Positions 61,443-64,000 of a stretch of DNA of 64,000 nucleotides are shown piece after piece; the first letter of the stretch is position 1, and every line of letters begins with the position of its first letter. The DNA is from Botryllus schlosseri. Lineage: Eukaryota. The notes below the pieces were generated by a model. It was given only the letters and a program-made list of their open reading frames with translations, made no database searches and was not told the DNA's origin. A program made the translations under genes and the position numbers. The DNA is taken from assembly GCA_051294905.1 (NCBI GenBank), contig CM119374.1, positions 14,446,001 to 14,510,000 of the forward strand, in the 5' to 3' direction.

Positions 61443-62450
61443 TGTTAGTCAGCACGGCGTTGTAATAACATAAAGTTTAAAAAACTAGGATGTCGTGGTG
61501 ATTCGTATGGTCTTTTGCATTCAAGCCATCCCCCCGTGCATCATGTAACATTGCTTTTTTAATCAATAGTTTCCAATTCCTCGGATACTCAAAACGCAAC
61601 TGTTACTGTTGCTGTTGTATTTGACGCCGAGATTTAAGTTAATAAAACCCAACGAAACAAGAGTCTTATGTTTATTGGCACGACAATTTTATTAACTTAA
61701 ATTGTATCTCGCTGCTTGGAGATAGATCGCCTGTAGCAATGTCCGGAGAAAAGTAAATGAAAGTTCCAGTGTTGGACGTTCTGCCAGACTCAGCAGATAG
61801 TGTAAAAATCTTCTCTCATTGGGAGCGGATGTTGAAGAGTTTAATCCAGTGGTTCCCAACGTGGGCGATTTTGAGAAACAAGGGAGCGAAAATATCAAAG
61901 GGGGTTACTGTGGCGCGATAATGTTAGAATGTACTGTGATATTTATTTAATTAACACAGCCAAAAATATGACAGGACAGCTTATTCTGCATATGACGCGA
62001 AAAAAGGTCAACTTAACGAAAAGTAAACGCGGACACCGGTTTTACGAACACCTATCAAGTCGGAAAAATGGCCTATTTTAGTAAATTCACCAGCGATCAG
62101 AGTTACGAGAATATATTTCCCGTAAATATGTCCTTTTTTTAAACTCCGTAAATATAGGGGGGCGAAAATTTGTTTCGAGCTTGATAAGGGAGCGATGAGT
62201 CGAAAATGGTTAGGAACCACTGGTTTAATCGAATCTATAACTGCTCCATCAACTGATGTAAACAAGCTCGCTGTATTGTCAGGTCATGTATCCCCTGAAG
62301 TCTTCTCATTTATTGAAGAAATTGATAATTACTATGCTGCTATCACCGAGCTGCAGATAAACGAAGTCTACGCCCGACATCTGTTATAATAACCGCTATA
62401 GCAACCGCCACGCAAGAGATCGGAGTTACCGTGTCGGAATTTTCAAGACG
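61443..62450 (+). mobile_element. Truncated second Gypsy: probable 5-prime LTR 61443-61685 plus gag relic
   Basis: gag relic PVLDVLPDS...FSHWERML...NKLAVL...VSPEVFSFIEE...YARHLL resembles the N-terminus of the gag at 31881. LTR start TGTTAG is inferred and no 3-prime LTR was found. Confidence 0.65.
61847..62222 (+). mobile_element. Buster-type MITE inserted in the gag relic
   Basis: CAGTGGTTCCCAAC...GGTTAGGAACCACTG, perfect TSD GTTTAATC. Removing it rejoins the gag frame. Confidence 0.9.
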
Positions 62451-63384
62451 ATCTTTTAGAGGGGCGATAAAAATAGGGGGAGCTTGATACGGGGCGTTGT
62501 CGTAAACTGACTATTGCGTTGAGTAACTAACCAAAGCTTTTTTTAAAGTTAAGGTAACCAATGTGGCTTTAAGCATCATAGACGACAATGTACTGTACAA
62601 CGTAACTAATCAGATGAAAGTAATCATTGCCTAATTGCGGATCGCCACAGGCGTCAAGAGAAGAAAGTTTGGGAGCTACTGAATTATAGCATCGATATCA
62701 AATAAATTTATCCATGAAAATTGCCTGCACTCAACATGAGTGCTTTGCTTCTTATGTATTGATCGTTCGCGTTGCTGTGAAATGTTTGCCTTGTAGGCTA
62801 TGTGATAGCTAGTAGCAGGCTTCGAACTCACGAAAAATTCAATTTGAAATGTATCTTATGATGGCTTAATAGGCATATCCATTGAAGATGAAAAACAACT
62901 TATATGCATCTAAAACGCAAGTATACGTTACACAGTGCGTATCTGTCCACCTGCCGAAGGGAGAAGTTGTAGTGGAAAGCAACTTTCGCACTCATTGGGC
63001 TACAGGAAAAGCTTATCGCGAGCCAACAGCAAAAATGGAATAGGGTGTCCCTGTTCAAACCTTAATATCGCGTAAACGCGTACAGCGGAGTTTTGTTATA
63101 TTATAGAAACACAGGAAAGTAATCAAACTTGAGAAACATGTCTCCATTTACTCATTTTTTAAACATTGCAACTACCTTCTCACTCACTGAAGAAAGCCCT
63201 GGGCAGAGTCCAACTGAAAGGTGCCCTGTCCGTTTTGATTAAATGTTCATAAACTGTTGCGACGCGGGAAAGACTGGCCCTGAGATCGTATAGTCTCCAC
63301 ACTTTTGAGTTCAATATAGGGCAGGAGCCGGGGGCAATTCTAAACGGCGGAACGAGCAGAACAGCGGATCGAGCGAGTAGTAGT

Positions 63385-63720
63385 TATGATCGGTCGCGAA
63401 TCGCCATTGTCTCTTATGGGCCCGCTCGCATGCGGCTGGGAAACTCGTGTTGGCATGCGGCTCTTATTTCTTATGGGCCCGCTCGCATGCGGCTATTGCG
63501 TCTTATGGCCCCTCTCGCACGGTAACTCTTTTCAGTATAGGGATCGCTCGCACGCGGCTGGGAAATTTGTGTTGGCATGCGGCTCTTATGTCTTATGGGT
63601 GAGTTGGCATGCGGCGCTTATTTCTTATGGGTGAGTTGGCATGCGGTTATTGCGTCTTATGGCGGAGCTGGCATGCGGCTATTGTGTCTTATGGGTGCGG
63701 CCGTGAATCGCCCTTTCGGG
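63385..63720. repeat. GC-rich minisatellite, ~32-57-bp units with GCATGCGGC and TCTTATGG cores
   Basis: At least 8 GCATGCGG(C) and TCTTATGG repeats visible. Confidence 0.8.
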
Positions 63721-64000
63721 TATAGGCGGCGGCGGCACGGTGTTGAATATGTATTAGGTATAGTAAATAGTCACGTGATTGACTCTTAGTTAATGTGTAT
63801 ACCTCAAATTATTATATATGACCAATTTGAAGTAATCCTAACGTTTACGGCGAGTGCGACTTTAATATATCGTTATTCTTATGATCGCGGTGACATGGTA
63901 ACGTAGCTGATATAGACATGATAGCGTTACAGGTATAGGGATCGCTCACACGGTTCTACATGAAGACATCATAGTTTATTCGTGACAAATGACCGATCGT

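Overview
Eukaryotic, AT-rich, repeat-dense DNA. It looks like a marine invertebrate (tunicate-like is plausible), but the host cannot be fixed from sequence alone. (1) 1-17178 is the right ~17 kb of an endogenous Polinton/Maverick (adintovirus-type) virus. All genes are on the + strand and look intact: two unknown ORFs, protein-primed PolB, packaging ATPase, small virion-type proteins, integrase-chromodomain, two tandem pentons, major capsid and adenain protease. A 4-kb non-coding tandem array follows, then a probable terminal repeat ending in ACTACT. The left end is outside the window. (2) A heparan sulfate 3-O-sulfotransferase-like host gene runs from about 20905 to 46301. It has an in-frame stop and a ~21-kb TE-filled first intron containing a piggyBac relic, a full-length but dead Gypsy, a pogo-like element and hAT MITEs. 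(3) 47-64 kb holds nested hAT elements (one intact Buster transposase), a Chapaev3 relic carrying a foldback insertion, and a second Gypsy relic. Main hand-found signals: a 51-nt GT-AG intron that gates a membrane-lytic peptide in a viral gene; an exact ER-stress element plus UPRE motifs in the viral terminus; a 29-nt piece of viral ORF1 embedded in the viral 713-bp array; and two unrelated Gypsy elements that both have a self-priming (tRNA-independent) PBS and sit at nearly the same spot in one repeat family. All alignments were done by eye and no database searches were run.
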